Shown one piece after another: positions 42,632 to 51,436 of a DNA stretch of 53,619 nucleotides; positions within the stretch are counted from its first letter, which is position 1; every line of letters begins with the position of its first letter. Source of the stretch: Clostridiales bacterium (GTDB lineage: Bacteria; Bacillota; Clostridia; Christensenellales; Aristaeellaceae); the NCBI GenBank assembly GCA_004557805.1, contig SFFS01000008.1, forward strand, positions 1 through 53,619, in the 5' to 3' direction. A program made the translations under genes and the position numbers. The notes under the pieces were generated by a model. The model saw only the letters and a program-made list of their open reading frames with translations, was not told the DNA's origin and ran no database searches.

Positions 42632-44482
42632 ATGAACGAAACGCTGCGCCTGAAAATTGCCATGCTGCCCGACAGCCCCGGCTGCTATCTGATGAAGCAC
42701 GCGGGCGAGATTATCTATGTCGGCAAGGCGAAGAACCTTAAAAACCGCGTGCGCAGCTATTTTATGCAGAAGGAGCACACGCCCAAGGTGGCGGCGATGA
42801 TCGCCAAGATCGAGGATTTCGACATCATTCTCTGCGAAACGAACCTCGAGGCGCTGATGCTCGAATGCAACCTCATCAAGCTGCATAAGCCGTATTACAA
42901 TATCCTCCTCAAGGACGACAAGCATTATCCCTATATCCGCATCGACGAGCGCGAGCCGTATCCGCGGGTTACGATGGTGCACCGCATGGAGAAGGACGGC
43001 GCGAAGTATTTCGGGCCGTATATCGGCGGCGGAGCGGTGCGCGAGGTGCTGGAGGTGCTGCGGCAGACGTTTCCGCTGCGCACGTGCAGCCAGGTTCCCA
43101 ACCCCGACAAGCCGCGCAGGCCGTGCGTGCATTACGAGATTGGGCAATGTACGGCGCCCTGCGCCGGAAAAATCACCCCCGAGGCATACGGCGAAACGGT
43201 GAAGCAGGTCGTCGCGTTTCTCGGCGGCAAGACGGAGCAGGTGCTCAAAGCGATGAAGGCGCAGATGGCCGAGGCCGCCGCGCAGCTGCAATTCGAGAAG
43301 GCGGCGCTTCTGCGCGACCGCATCCGCGACGTGGAGGGGCTGCTCGAACGGCAGCTGGCGCAGTCGACCTCCGGCGGCGAGCGCGACGTGATCGCCGTCT
43401 GGTCGGACGGTCTGGATGCGATGTGCGAAGTGCTGCACATTCGCGGCGGGAAGATGATCGGCGGCGATAATTTCGCGCTGGAACGCGCGGGCGACGAGGA
43501 AACGGCCGCGGTGATCGGCGATTTTCTTTTGCAGTATTACGAGGATGGGCGGCTTCTGCCGCGGGAGGTGCTCTGCCAGGCGCTGCCGGAGGATGCGGAC
43601 GAGATTGCCAGCATTCTTACCGAGCGGCGCGGGGGAACGGTACGCCTGATTGCGCCGCAGCGCGGCGAAAAGCGCGCGCTGGTGCTCATGGCTGAAAAAA
43701 ACGCGCGCGACGCGCTGGAAAAGCGCAACGCCCGCGCAAAAGTCACTTACGAGCGCACCGTCGGCGCGGCGAAGGCGCTGGCCGAGGCGATCGGCATGCA
43801 GACTGTGCCGCGGCGTATCGAGGGCTACGACAACAGCAACATTCAGGGCGCGCAGCCGGTTGCGTCGATGGTCGTGTTCATCGATGGAAAGCCCGCGCGC
43901 AAGGAATACCGGCATTTTAAAATCAAAACCGTCGTGGGCGCGAACGACTTCGCCACAATGGAAGAGGTGCTGGGGCGGCGCTTCCGCCGCGGCCTTGCCG
44001 AGCATGAGGAACATCCCGATTCCGGCTTCGGCGACCTGCCCGACCTGATCCTGATCGACGGCGGCCCGGAGCAGCTGGCCTTCGCGCGCCGAGCAATGCA
44101 CGCGGCGGGCGCGGAGATTCCGATGTTCGGGCTGGCAAAACGGCTGGAGGAAATCTGGCTGCCGGACGCCGACGCGCCGATTCTGCTCGACCGCCATTCG
44201 CCCGCGCTGTATCTGATCCAGTCTGTGCGCGACGAGGCGCACCGCTTCGCCATCACGTTCCACAGGCAGCTGCGCTCGAAGCAGACCATCCGCTCGCGGT
44301 TGGAGGAAATTCCGGGCGTGGGGCCGAAGCGCAGGACAGCGCTGTTTAAGGCGTTCGGGTCGCTCGAGGGCGTGAAGAAGGCCAGCGTAGAGGAGCTGGC
44401 CGCCGTGGACGGCATGAGCCGCCCGGCCGCGGAGGCGGTCTACGCATGGGCGCGCAGGGAAGAGGAGAAGAAAAAGCGATGA
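42632..44482 (+). CDS. uvrC: Excinuclease ABC subunit C
   Basis: GIY-YIG N-terminus (PGCYLMKHAGEIIYVGKAKNLKNRVRSYF), a UVR domain (FEKAALLRDRI), an endonuclease V-like domain and a C-terminal HhH. Confidence 0.97.
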   Translation: MNETLRLKIAMLPDSPGCYLMKHAGEIIYVGKAKNLKNRVRSYFMQKEHTPKVAAMIAKIEDFDIILCETNLEALMLECNLIKLHKPYYNILLKDDKHYPYIRIDEREPYPRVTMVHRMEKDGAKYFGPYIGGGAVREVLEVLRQTFPLRTCSQVPNPDKPRRPCVHYEIGQCTAPCAGKITPEAYGETVKQVVAFLGGKTEQVLKAMKAQMAEAAAQLQFEKAALLRDRIRDVEGLLERQLAQSTSGGERDVIAVWSDGLDAMCEVLHIRGGKMIGGDNFALERAGDEETAAVIGDFLLQYYEDGRLLPREVLCQALPEDADEIASILTERRGGTVRLIAPQRGEKRALVLMAEKNARDALEKRNARAKVTYERTVGAAKALAEAIGMQTVPRRIEGYDNSNIQGAQPVASMVVFIDGKPARKEYRHFKIKTVVGANDFATMEEVLGRRFRRGLAEHEEHPDSGFGDLPDLILIDGGPEQLAFARRAMHAAGAEIPMFGLAKRLEEIWLPDADAPILLDRHSPALYLIQSVRDEAHRFAITFHRQLRSKQTIRSRLEEIPGVGPKRRTALFKAFGSLEGVKKASVEELAAVDGMSRPAAEAVYAWARREEEKKKR

Positions 44483-45240
44483 AAATGAGCGCACGGGAAG
44501 AAATCACCTATAACATTCTGCTGATGATTCTGGAAGGGAAAGCGACGCTCGTCTCCGAGGGCGACGGGTGGCTGCTGGCGCAGAGCAATCCGCGCACGCC
44601 TGCGTGGCTGTATCTTACCTGCGAGCCCGGCGTGGCGGCGCAGAAGGCGATTTGCGAGGCGCTCGAAGCGCGCCTTGCGGAGAACCCGGAGCTGCGCGTG
44701 ACGGCTGATCCGCGCTTTGCGCGGAAAACGCTGGAAGCCCTCGCCGTCCAAACGGGCCGCGCTCTGCGCGAGACAATGCCGATGATCGCCTATGCCTGTA
44801 TGCGCGTAAGCGGCGTGCCTTCCAGCGGACGGATACGCCGTCCCACGCCCGCCGATCGCGGCGCGCTGGCGGAGCTGATCCGCCAGATGGCCGCCGATGC
44901 GGAAGGGCAGACGCTCTCCGACGGCGAGGCCGCCGGGTTTGCCGATGCGATGGCGAACTCCGACCGGCTTTGCCTGTGGGACGACGGCGGCGTGCGCGCC
45001 ATGGCGCTGATCGCCCACCGCACGGAACGCTATGCGCGCCTGAACACCGTCGTAACCGACCGCGCGCAGCGCGGCAAGGGGTACTGTGGCATGCTTATGG
45101 CCGCGCTTTCCGAAGAACTGCTTTCGCAGGGCGTAACGCCCATGCTCTATGCCGATGCGCGCAACCCGGCTTCCAACGGCGCTTACCGACGCGTGGGCTT
45201 CGAGGAGGCGGGCCGGGCGACGGAGTACGCGCTGGGGTGA
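44479..45240 (+). CDS. GNAT family acetyltransferase (two-domain), translationally coupled to uvrC
   Basis: ATGA overlaps the uvrC stop. The C-terminal part VVTDRAQRGKGYCGMLMAALSEELL...NPASNGAYRRVGFEE is GNAT motif A/B. Confidence 0.8.
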   Translation: MKMSAREEITYNILLMILEGKATLVSEGDGWLLAQSNPRTPAWLYLTCEPGVAAQKAICEALEARLAENPELRVTADPRFARKTLEALAVQTGRALRETMPMIAYACMRVSGVPSSGRIRRPTPADRGALAELIRQMAADAEGQTLSDGEAAGFADAMANSDRLCLWDDGGVRAMALIAHRTERYARLNTVVTDRAQRGKGYCGMLMAALSEELLSQGVTPMLYADARNPASNGAYRRVGFEEAGRATEYALG

Positions 45241-45267
45241 GGAGCGAGGGGACGAGGGGGGAACGAT

Positions 45268-45307
45268 GCGGGGAAAACTTTCTTTAGAAAAAGAAAGCTT
45301 TCCCCGC
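45268..45307 (+). terminator. Long hairpin terminator after the GNAT gene
   Basis: 18-bp stem with one mismatch, GCGGGGAAAACTTTCTTT / AAAGAAAGCTTTCCCCGC, and a 4-nt loop. Confidence 0.6.
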
Positions 45308-45392
45308 GCCCCTTTCAAAGAAATCATTTGGGATTTCAAAGGATGGGGATTTTTTAGGGAACCTTCGGGCAGAATGATGCTCGGAGGTTTTT

Positions 45393-45761
45393 ATGCGTTT
45401 GAGTTCTTTTCTGTTTCCGAAGTGCTGGAATCTGCGCGTGGTGGGGCGCAGCGATGCGGAGGACGATCAGCGGCAGAAGCTGGTCGTGCGCGACGCGGCG
45501 CTGCGTGCGGCGCGCGAGCGCCCAATGAATCTGCGCGCGATCCGGCGTGCGGCGCGGCGTGTTGACAAAACCGCGCGCGTGCGAATGGTATTGTATCCGC
45601 CGGAAGCGCCGCGCATGACGGTGCAGATAACGCTCGGGCAGGGGCGCGGCCGCAACTGGCTGGGAATGCTCTTTCCGGAGGCGTTCGGCGTGCCGGAGAC
45701 GGGGCCGGTACGGTTTCGGTGGTGGTTTGCAGAGCTGTTGAAAGGATGGGGATGGCTATGA
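45393..45761 (+). CDS. spoIIR: Stage II sporulation protein R-like protein (shortened)
   Basis: LRVVGRSDAEDDQRQKLVVRDAAL and ITLGQGRGRNWLGMLFPEAFG match the two conserved SpoIIR blocks (RLHVIANSD..DQ.LK..VRD and G.G.NWWCVLFPPLCF), but the protein is only 122 aa. Confidence 0.55.
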   Translation: MRLSSFLFPKCWNLRVVGRSDAEDDQRQKLVVRDAALRAARERPMNLRAIRRAARRVDKTARVRMVLYPPEAPRMTVQITLGQGRGRNWLGMLFPEAFGVPETGPVRFRWWFAELLKGWGWL

Positions 45762-46444
45762 TGCGCCGGGCGATTGCGGTGGTGCTGGCCGTGCTGACGG
45801 TGCTGTGCGCAGCGCTGGCGGGCGCGGCGATCTGGTTCGCGGCCAGCGCGGAGACGGTATACTGGGGTTCGCGCGGCGAAACCGTGAGTCAGGTACAGAC
45901 GAAGCTGAAGCAATGGGGCTATTACACGGGCAGCGTGGACGGCGTGTTCGGGCAGAGCACATACGACGCGGTGGTGTGGTTTCAGCGCGCCAACGGGCTC
46001 ACGGCGGACGGAACCGTCGGCGGCGCGACGCTTACGGCTTTGGGGATTTCCGCGCAGAGCGCGGAAGGGACGACGGTCGCCAGCGCCGCGGGGGAGAGCG
46101 ACGTGTCGCTGCTGGCGCACTGCGTGTATGGAGAAGCGCGCGGGGAACCGTATGTGGGCAAGGTGGCCGTAGCGGCGGTGGTGCTCAACCGGGTGCGGAG
46201 TTCGTCGTTTCCGAATACGATTTCGGGCGTGATCTATCAGGAAGGGGCGTTTACGTGCGTATCGGACGGTCAGCTGTATCTGACGCCGGATGAGGATGCG
46301 TACAGGGCGGCGCGGGATGCGCTGAACGGCTGGGATCCGACGTATGGGTGTTTGTATTATTACAATCCTGCGACGGCGGTGAGCGCATGGATCTGGTCGC
46401 GCGAAGTGCGATTGACGATCGGCGCGCACTCGTTCGCAGTGTAA
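45758..46444 (+). CDS. sleB: Spore cortex-lytic enzyme SleB (PG_binding_1 plus Hydrolase_2)
   Basis: SRGETVSQVQTKLKQWGYYTGSVDGVFGQSTYDAVVWFQRANGLTADGTVG and LLAHCVYGEARGEPYVGKVAVAAVVLNRV...GVIYQEGAFT. The start is chosen at ATG 45758 (ATGA overlap with the preceding stop), but ATGs at 45746 and 45752 are also possible. Confidence 0.9.
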   Translation: MMRRAIAVVLAVLTVLCAALAGAAIWFAASAETVYWGSRGETVSQVQTKLKQWGYYTGSVDGVFGQSTYDAVVWFQRANGLTADGTVGGATLTALGISAQSAEGTTVASAAGESDVSLLAHCVYGEARGEPYVGKVAVAAVVLNRVRSSSFPNTISGVIYQEGAFTCVSDGQLYLTPDEDAYRAARDALNGWDPTYGCLYYYNPATAVSAWIWSREVRLTIGAHSFAV

Positions 46445-46742
46445 GGAAACGGCAGGCAATAGAAGCGGGAAATACGGTGCGAAACGAGCGCCCCCGGAGG
46501 AAGAACGCGACGTTTGAGCGTCGAAAGCAGCGCGCAGTGTTCATACCGAATGAATGCCGCAGCGCTGCGCCCCCAGAAACGTCGCAGCAGCGCATTGCCG
46601 CATTTCTGCGATAACGCTGCGCTTCATTCCCTTCCGCAACCGCTTTGCAGCCTGTAGCCCTACAGCCCGCGCACCAAAAAAGCGGGGCGCCGCCCCGCAA
46701 AAACAAAACCGTCTTTTGACTCCAGCAGAAGGAGATCGCAGC

Positions 46743-48020
46743 ATGAAAAAGCATCGTTCCGTTCCGGTGATTCTGTTCCTGTCAATCGCGCTGGCGGCGG
46801 CCGCCGCGCTTGCATTCTGGCAGTTTAAGACCGCGCAGGCTGCTGAGATTACTGTCCGCGCGGGGCGCGAACGCGCCTATTACAGCGCGCTCGACGCGCT
46901 GACAAACCTCGAGACCGATCTTTCCAAAGCGCTGATCGCCTCCGGCCCCGGGCAGCACGCGCTGCTGCTGGGCCGCGTTTCGACGCTTGCCGCCGCCGCT
47001 TCGGAGAACCTGTCGGCGCTGCCGGCCGCTTACGGTGCGGATGAGGCCGGGCTGAAGTTCCTCAGCCAGACGGGCGAATATGCGCAGACCCTCGCGACGG
47101 CCGCCGCCGAGGGCCGCACGCTTACCGAAACCGACGTGCAGCAGCTTTCGGCGCTGATGCAGAAAAGCGGCGAACTGCGCCGCCATCTCGAAAGCGGCGC
47201 GGGCTTCGCTTACGACGCGCCCGGCGAGGAGCAGAAGCTTTCCGGAATCGAATATCCGTCGCTCCTCTACGACGGCCCGTTCTCCGACGGCATCCGCCAG
47301 GGAACGCCGCGCGGCATCAGCGGCGAGGAGATTACGGCGGAACAGGCCGTGGAGGCGGGGCGCGCGTTTCTCGGCGCGGACCGCGCGCAGCGCGCCGCCG
47401 ATATGCAGGGCCCAATCCCGTGCTGGGGCGTGGCGGCGCAGAAGGGCGGCGTGGCCGTCAATATGCAGGTGACGCGGCAGGGCGGCAAAATCCTCTGGAT
47501 GGCGCCGGAGACGGCGGGTTTCGACGCGGCGCTTGAAATGGATGCGTGCGTCGAGCGCGCGCAGGCGTTTCTCGCGGAGCATGGCTTTGGGCGGATGCAG
47601 CCCAGCTTTACGCAGCAGTACGACGGCCTCGCCGTCGTCAGCTTTGCGGCCGAACAGGACGGCGTAATCCTTTACCCCGATCTTGTCAAGGCACAGGTGC
47701 GCATGGATACCGGCGATGTGGTCGGCCTGGAGGCCAATAATTTCTGGATGAACCATATGCAGCGGGAAAACCTTACGCCCGCGGTGGATGAATCGCAGGC
47801 GCTTCGCGCCGTGTCGGGCCGCCTGACCGTGACGGGCGCAAGGCTGTGCGTTATCCCCGTGGACGACGGGCTGAACAGCGGAAAGACCGAGAAGCTCTGC
47901 TGGGAAATCGCGGGCGACTGGTCGGGAAGCCGGTATCTGACGTATATCGACGCGGAGACGGGCGAGGAGGAAAAGGTGCTCAAAGTGGTGCAGGGAAACG
48001 GGGGAACGTTGACGATTTAA
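46743..48020 (+). CDS. ypeB: Germination protein YpeB (PepSY domains)
   Basis: N-terminal TM segment, then ERAYYSALDALTNLETDLSKALIAS...LSALPA...KFLSQTGEYAQTL, typical of YpeB. ATG 46743 follows GAAGGAG. Confidence 0.85.
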   Translation: MKKHRSVPVILFLSIALAAAAALAFWQFKTAQAAEITVRAGRERAYYSALDALTNLETDLSKALIASGPGQHALLLGRVSTLAAAASENLSALPAAYGADEAGLKFLSQTGEYAQTLATAAAEGRTLTETDVQQLSALMQKSGELRRHLESGAGFAYDAPGEEQKLSGIEYPSLLYDGPFSDGIRQGTPRGISGEEITAEQAVEAGRAFLGADRAQRAADMQGPIPCWGVAAQKGGVAVNMQVTRQGGKILWMAPETAGFDAALEMDACVERAQAFLAEHGFGRMQPSFTQQYDGLAVVSFAAEQDGVILYPDLVKAQVRMDTGDVVGLEANNFWMNHMQRENLTPAVDESQALRAVSGRLTVTGARLCVIPVDDGLNSGKTEKLCWEIAGDWSGSRYLTYIDAETGEEEKVLKVVQGNGGTLTI

Positions 48021-48076
48021 GCGGAGCGCAGCTTTTCCGGCGGCAAAAACCGCCGGAGATTTCCATGATAACCCCG

Positions 48077-48107
48077 CCCCTTCCGGGCAAACTGAACCCG
48101 GGAGGGG
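48077..48107 (+). promoter_or_regulatory. Hairpin sequestering the htrA Shine-Dalgarno sequence
   Basis: CCCCTTCCGGG (48077-48087) pairs with CCCGGGAGGGG (48097-48107) over 11 bp, including one G-U pair. The 3' arm contains the only Shine-Dalgarno sequence (GGGAGGGG), 7 nt before ATG 48115, and is followed by TTTTTT. Confidence 0.55.
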
Positions 48108-48114
48108 ATTTTTT

Positions 48115-49269
48115 ATGCCGCAAAATCATCGTTGGCGTTATTGGTCGCTGGCCGCGCTGGGGCTCGGACTGGCGGTCGTGATCTGGATTTCCGCAAACGT
48201 GCCGGGTTCGGGCGCGCGCCCGCGGATTGCCTACGCCGAAAACACGACCGCGTCCGACGCGCTGGCCAGCCCGTTCAAGGCCGTCTATGAGGCCGTGCAG
48301 CCCGCCGTGGTGGGCATCGAGGTGACAACGACGACGCGCGTGATGAACGGCCGCATCATGACGGCCACGAGCTTCGCGGGCTCCGGCGTGGTCATTTCGG
48401 AGGACGGTGTGGTGCTGACGAACTATCACGTCATCGACGGCGCGGAGGGGCTGTACGTGCTCAGTGGAGAGGACGAATTCCCCGCGGAGCTGATCGCGGG
48501 CGACGAGGACAGCGATATCGCCGTTCTGCGCGTGGACGCGCCGAACCTTACCGCCGCCACCCTCGGGGATTCCGATCAGCTGTCCGTGGGCGATTGGGCG
48601 CTGGTGATCGGCAACCCGCTGGGCGAGCAGTTTGTCAACACGCTGTCGGTGGGCGTCATCAGCGGACTGGACCGCGACGTGCGCTCACAATCGTCCGGAC
48701 GCACTGGTTCGGCGACCTCGGCGCACATGATCCAGACCGATGCGGCTATCAACTCGGGCAACAGCGGCGGCGGGCTTTTCAATCTCGCGGGCGAACTGGT
48801 GGGCGTGACGAGCATGAAGCTTTCCAACAACGGCTATTATGGCTATGCGTCCATCGAGAGCATCGGCCTGGCCATTCCGATCAACACGATCAAGGAGATT
48901 GTCGACGATCTCGTAGCCTATGGCGAGGTGCGCTATCCGCGCATCGGCGTGAAGCTGACGGAAATTGCCAGCCCGTCGATGGAAGCGACGGAGGATATGC
49001 TGCCGCGTTCCCTGTGGGTGACGGAGGTGGAGAAAGGTTCGCCGGCGGAAAAGGCGGGAATCCGCCGGGATGATCTGATCCTCGAAGCCGACGGCGAGCG
49101 CGTGACGAGCGCGAGCGAATTGCAAAGCGCCGTGCGCGCGCATAAGGAAGGGGAGACGGTGAAAATTCAGGTTTACCGCATTCCCGGCCTGACGACGATC
49201 AAAGCGACGGAGAAAATTCCGCAGGGGGAAAACCTGACGTTCGAGGTGGAAGTGACGGTGATGGACTGA
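48115..49269 (+). CDS. htrA: HtrA/DegP-family serine protease (trypsin-like domain plus PDZ)
   Basis: N-terminal TM segment with catalytic motifs LTNYHV, DIAVLRV and GNSGGGLFN, plus a C-terminal PDZ domain (VEKGSPAEKAGIRRDDLILEADG). Confidence 0.93.
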   Translation: MPQNHRWRYWSLAALGLGLAVVIWISANVPGSGARPRIAYAENTTASDALASPFKAVYEAVQPAVVGIEVTTTTRVMNGRIMTATSFAGSGVVISEDGVVLTNYHVIDGAEGLYVLSGEDEFPAELIAGDEDSDIAVLRVDAPNLTAATLGDSDQLSVGDWALVIGNPLGEQFVNTLSVGVISGLDRDVRSQSSGRTGSATSAHMIQTDAAINSGNSGGGLFNLAGELVGVTSMKLSNNGYYGYASIESIGLAIPINTIKEIVDDLVAYGEVRYPRIGVKLTEIASPSMEATEDMLPRSLWVTEVEKGSPAEKAGIRRDDLILEADGERVTSASELQSAVRAHKEGETVKIQVYRIPGLTTIKATEKIPQGENLTFEVEVTVMD

Positions 49270-49315
49270 CGGCGCGCCGAAAAAGAATTTTATGCGAAAA
49301 AAAGCGTCCGGCCGC

Positions 49316-49344
49316 TTGACAGGGAATGTGAAAGATGATACAAT
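49316..49344 (+). promoter_or_regulatory. Candidate sigma-A promoter
   Basis: TTGACA (49316-49321), 17-nt spacer, TACAAT (49339-49344). Confidence 0.55.
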
Positions 49345-49345
49345 T

Positions 49346-49381
49346 CTGCGCGTTGCAAATCAAGAGTTTTGCAACGCGCGG
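49346..49381 (+). promoter_or_regulatory. Inverted repeat at the predicted transcription start (operator or attenuator hairpin)
   Basis: CTGCGCGTTGCAAA (49346-49359) pairs with TTTGCAACGCGCGG (49368-49381), followed by TTTTATAAT. It starts 2 nt after the -10 box. Confidence 0.45.
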
Positions 49382-49452
49382 TTTTATAATGCGGCGCATG
49401 CGCCGCAGAGAATATCCCGGAGCATCCCGGTTCAAGCAGAAGGAGACTGAAC

Positions 49453-49995
49453 ATGAACACCCTTAAAACCATTCAGACGCTTTCAAAGATCGGAAAAATT
49501 CTGAGCAAAATCGTTTTCATCTGCTGCGTCGTCGCGTTTTGCGGCTGCATCGCCACGATCATCAGCCTTGCGTTCGGCGCGGAAACGCTGCGCATCGGCG
49601 GCCTTACGCTGAAGGGGATTTTCCAGAAGAGCGCCGAGACGAGCATCGGAACGGTCTATGCGGCCGCTGCGACGGGTCTGATTCTCTCGGCGGGCGAGGC
49701 GGTGCTGGCGAAGTTCGCGCAGGTCTATTTCACCAATGAGCTGGCCGACGGCACGCCCTTCACGCTTGCGGGCGCGAAGGAGATGATGCGCCTGGGCGTT
49801 CTGACGATCTGCATTCCGGCGGGCACGACGCTGCTGACGATCATTGCGCGCGCGGTCATTGCCGAGGTCTGCGGGGAAATAGCTGATCTGCGGCTCGATT
49901 GCGGCGAATCGATTGCGCTGGGCGTGATGTTCCTCATCGCGTCGCTGCTGTGCCGCTACGGAGCGGAAACGAGCCGCCGGACGGCTGCAGAGTGA
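49453..49995 (+). CDS. Hypothetical integral membrane protein
   Basis: 180 aa with 4 predicted TM helices. ATG follows GAAGGAG. No family is recognised with confidence (possibly DUF2975-like). Confidence 0.6.
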   Translation: MNTLKTIQTLSKIGKILSKIVFICCVVAFCGCIATIISLAFGAETLRIGGLTLKGIFQKSAETSIGTVYAAAATGLILSAGEAVLAKFAQVYFTNELADGTPFTLAGAKEMMRLGVLTICIPAGTTLLTIIARAVIAEVCGEIADLRLDCGESIALGVMFLIASLLCRYGAETSRRTAAE

Positions 49996-50038
49996 GCCGA
50001 AAACGCCATGGGGCGGAAATGAAAACAGTGCGGAAAGG

Positions 50039-50075
50039 CAGGGCGCGCGATACGATTGAGGTATCGCGCGCCCTG
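50039..50075. terminator. GC-rich perfect hairpin downstream of the membrane-protein gene
   Basis: 15-bp perfect stem CAGGGCGCGCGATAC / GTATCGCGCGCCCTG with a 7-nt loop. It has no adjacent T-run on either strand, so a terminator function is uncertain. Confidence 0.35.
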
Positions 50076-50356
50076 AAAATATCATTGGATGCGGAAACGG
50101 CGTTTTTGAAAGACCGCGTTCGGGTCGGAAATTTTCAGCATGGTTTCGGCCCTTTCCCGTTTTGTTGAAACGGCACGCCGCGCAAAAGGAAACGCCCGAA
50201 GGATTGATGAATCTTCCGGGCGCCGGGCTTAGGGTTTGAAAAACGTTTTCGGCGGGATGTTTTTTGCGGCGCTTGCGCCGCAGATCGTACCGCGCGCGGG
50301 CATATCTGAAAACCTTCCGCCGTTTGGCAGTTCCGCGCAATGCTGCATAAAAGCAT

Positions 50357-51436
50357 TTACGGCAGCGGATGCTCCTCGCTGGAGTTCGCGCCGCCGGAAT
50401 AGGCCATGGCCTGCATGCCGTCGGTCATGTAGATGGAACCGTCGGGCAGGATCCAGTAGGCTTCCACGCCATCGAGCGATTCGACGAGCGTCCGGCCCTC
50501 CTCATAGGGCATGAGGAAGAGCGTTGTGGAGAGAAAGTCGGCAAGACCGGAATCGTGCGTCCAGACGGTGACGGCGCGCAGATATTTCGAGGGCATCAGC
50601 GTGACGGGATCGATGATGTGGTGATAGCGCACGCCGTCTACTTCGTAATACCGCTGATAATCGCCGCTGGTCACGGCGGAACCGCCGTAGAAATACATGA
50701 TATCGAGAATCCCCTCGGCCGGGGTGAAATTGCTGTGTACGTCGTCCGGATTCTGAATGCTCACGCCCCAGTAGAGCCGGTCGTCCATCGGCGGATCGCC
50801 CGCACGCACGTTGCCGCCCGCGCTGATGAGGAACGACGGCATTTCGCTGCGCTCCAGCATTTCCGCAACGCGCTCGGTCGCCCAGCCCTTGGCCACGCTG
50901 CCCACGTCGAGCAGAAGCTCCGGGTCGGTGAAATAGACAGTGCCCGCATCTTCGTCGATCACCACGTCGTCCATGCTGCAATGCGCCGAGGCGGCCGTCA
51001 GCTCGTCCATCGTGGGAACGGCCGTGCCTTCCTCGCGGTAGTTGTGCCAGATATCGAGTACCGCGCCCATCGCCACGTCGACATGGCCGGGGAAGTGCGC
51101 CTGCTGTTCCTTGCAGAAAAGCAGCAGTTCGATCAGCTCCGGCTCGGCGGGAACGGGGCCCTCGGCGGCGTGCAGATTGACCTGATAAAGGTTGTTCACG
51201 CCTTCGTAGGCGTTGTAGCGATCGAAAATGCGGTGCAGGCGGATGAACTCCGCTTCGGCTTGCGCGGTGATTTCGGCGAAGGTCTGCTCGTCTTTGGCAT
51301 AGCCGATGATCTGCGTAATGGTGTCGAACGCGTCGTAGAAGTGCATGGTATATTTTTCGTAGCTTCTGGCCGCGCAGCCGGTCGCCGCGCAGAGGATCAG
51401 GCACAGGCAGAGGATGAACGCCGCAAAACGCTTCAT
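50357..51436 (-). CDS. apbE: FAD:protein FMN transferase (ApbE/Ftp) lipoprotein
   Basis: Lipobox LILCAATGCA. FDAFDTITQIIGY, VDVAMGAVLDIW, DVGSVAKGWATERV, LISAGGNV, AVTSGDYQRYY and HHIIDPVT are ApbE motifs. ATG 51436 follows AAGGAG. The upstream 153 codons of the ORF are artefact. Confidence 0.92.
   Translation of the reverse strand: MKRFAAFILCLCLILCAATGCAARSYEKYTMHFYDAFDTITQIIGYAKDEQTFAEITAQAEAEFIRLHRIFDRYNAYEGVNNLYQVNLHAAEGPVPAEPELIELLLFCKEQQAHFPGHVDVAMGAVLDIWHNYREEGTAVPTMDELTAASAHCSMDDVVIDEDAGTVYFTDPELLLDVGSVAKGWATERVAEMLERSEMPSFLISAGGNVRAGDPPMDDRLYWGVSIQNPDDVHSNFTPAEGILDIMYFYGGSAVTSGDYQRYYEVDGVRYHHIIDPVTLMPSKYLRAVTVWTHDSGLADFLSTTLFLMPYEEGRTLVESLDGVEAYWILPDGSIYMTDGMQAMAYSGGANSSEEHPLP

Noticed and set aside
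49899-50168. An 89-aa + ORF (internal ATG near 50019) downstream of the membrane-protein gene, considered as a possible small HTH partner.
   Set aside because: The sequence does not resemble YozG/XRE-type HTH proteins, the 15-bp perfect hairpin at 50039-50075 lies inside it, and it has no Shine-Dalgarno sequence.
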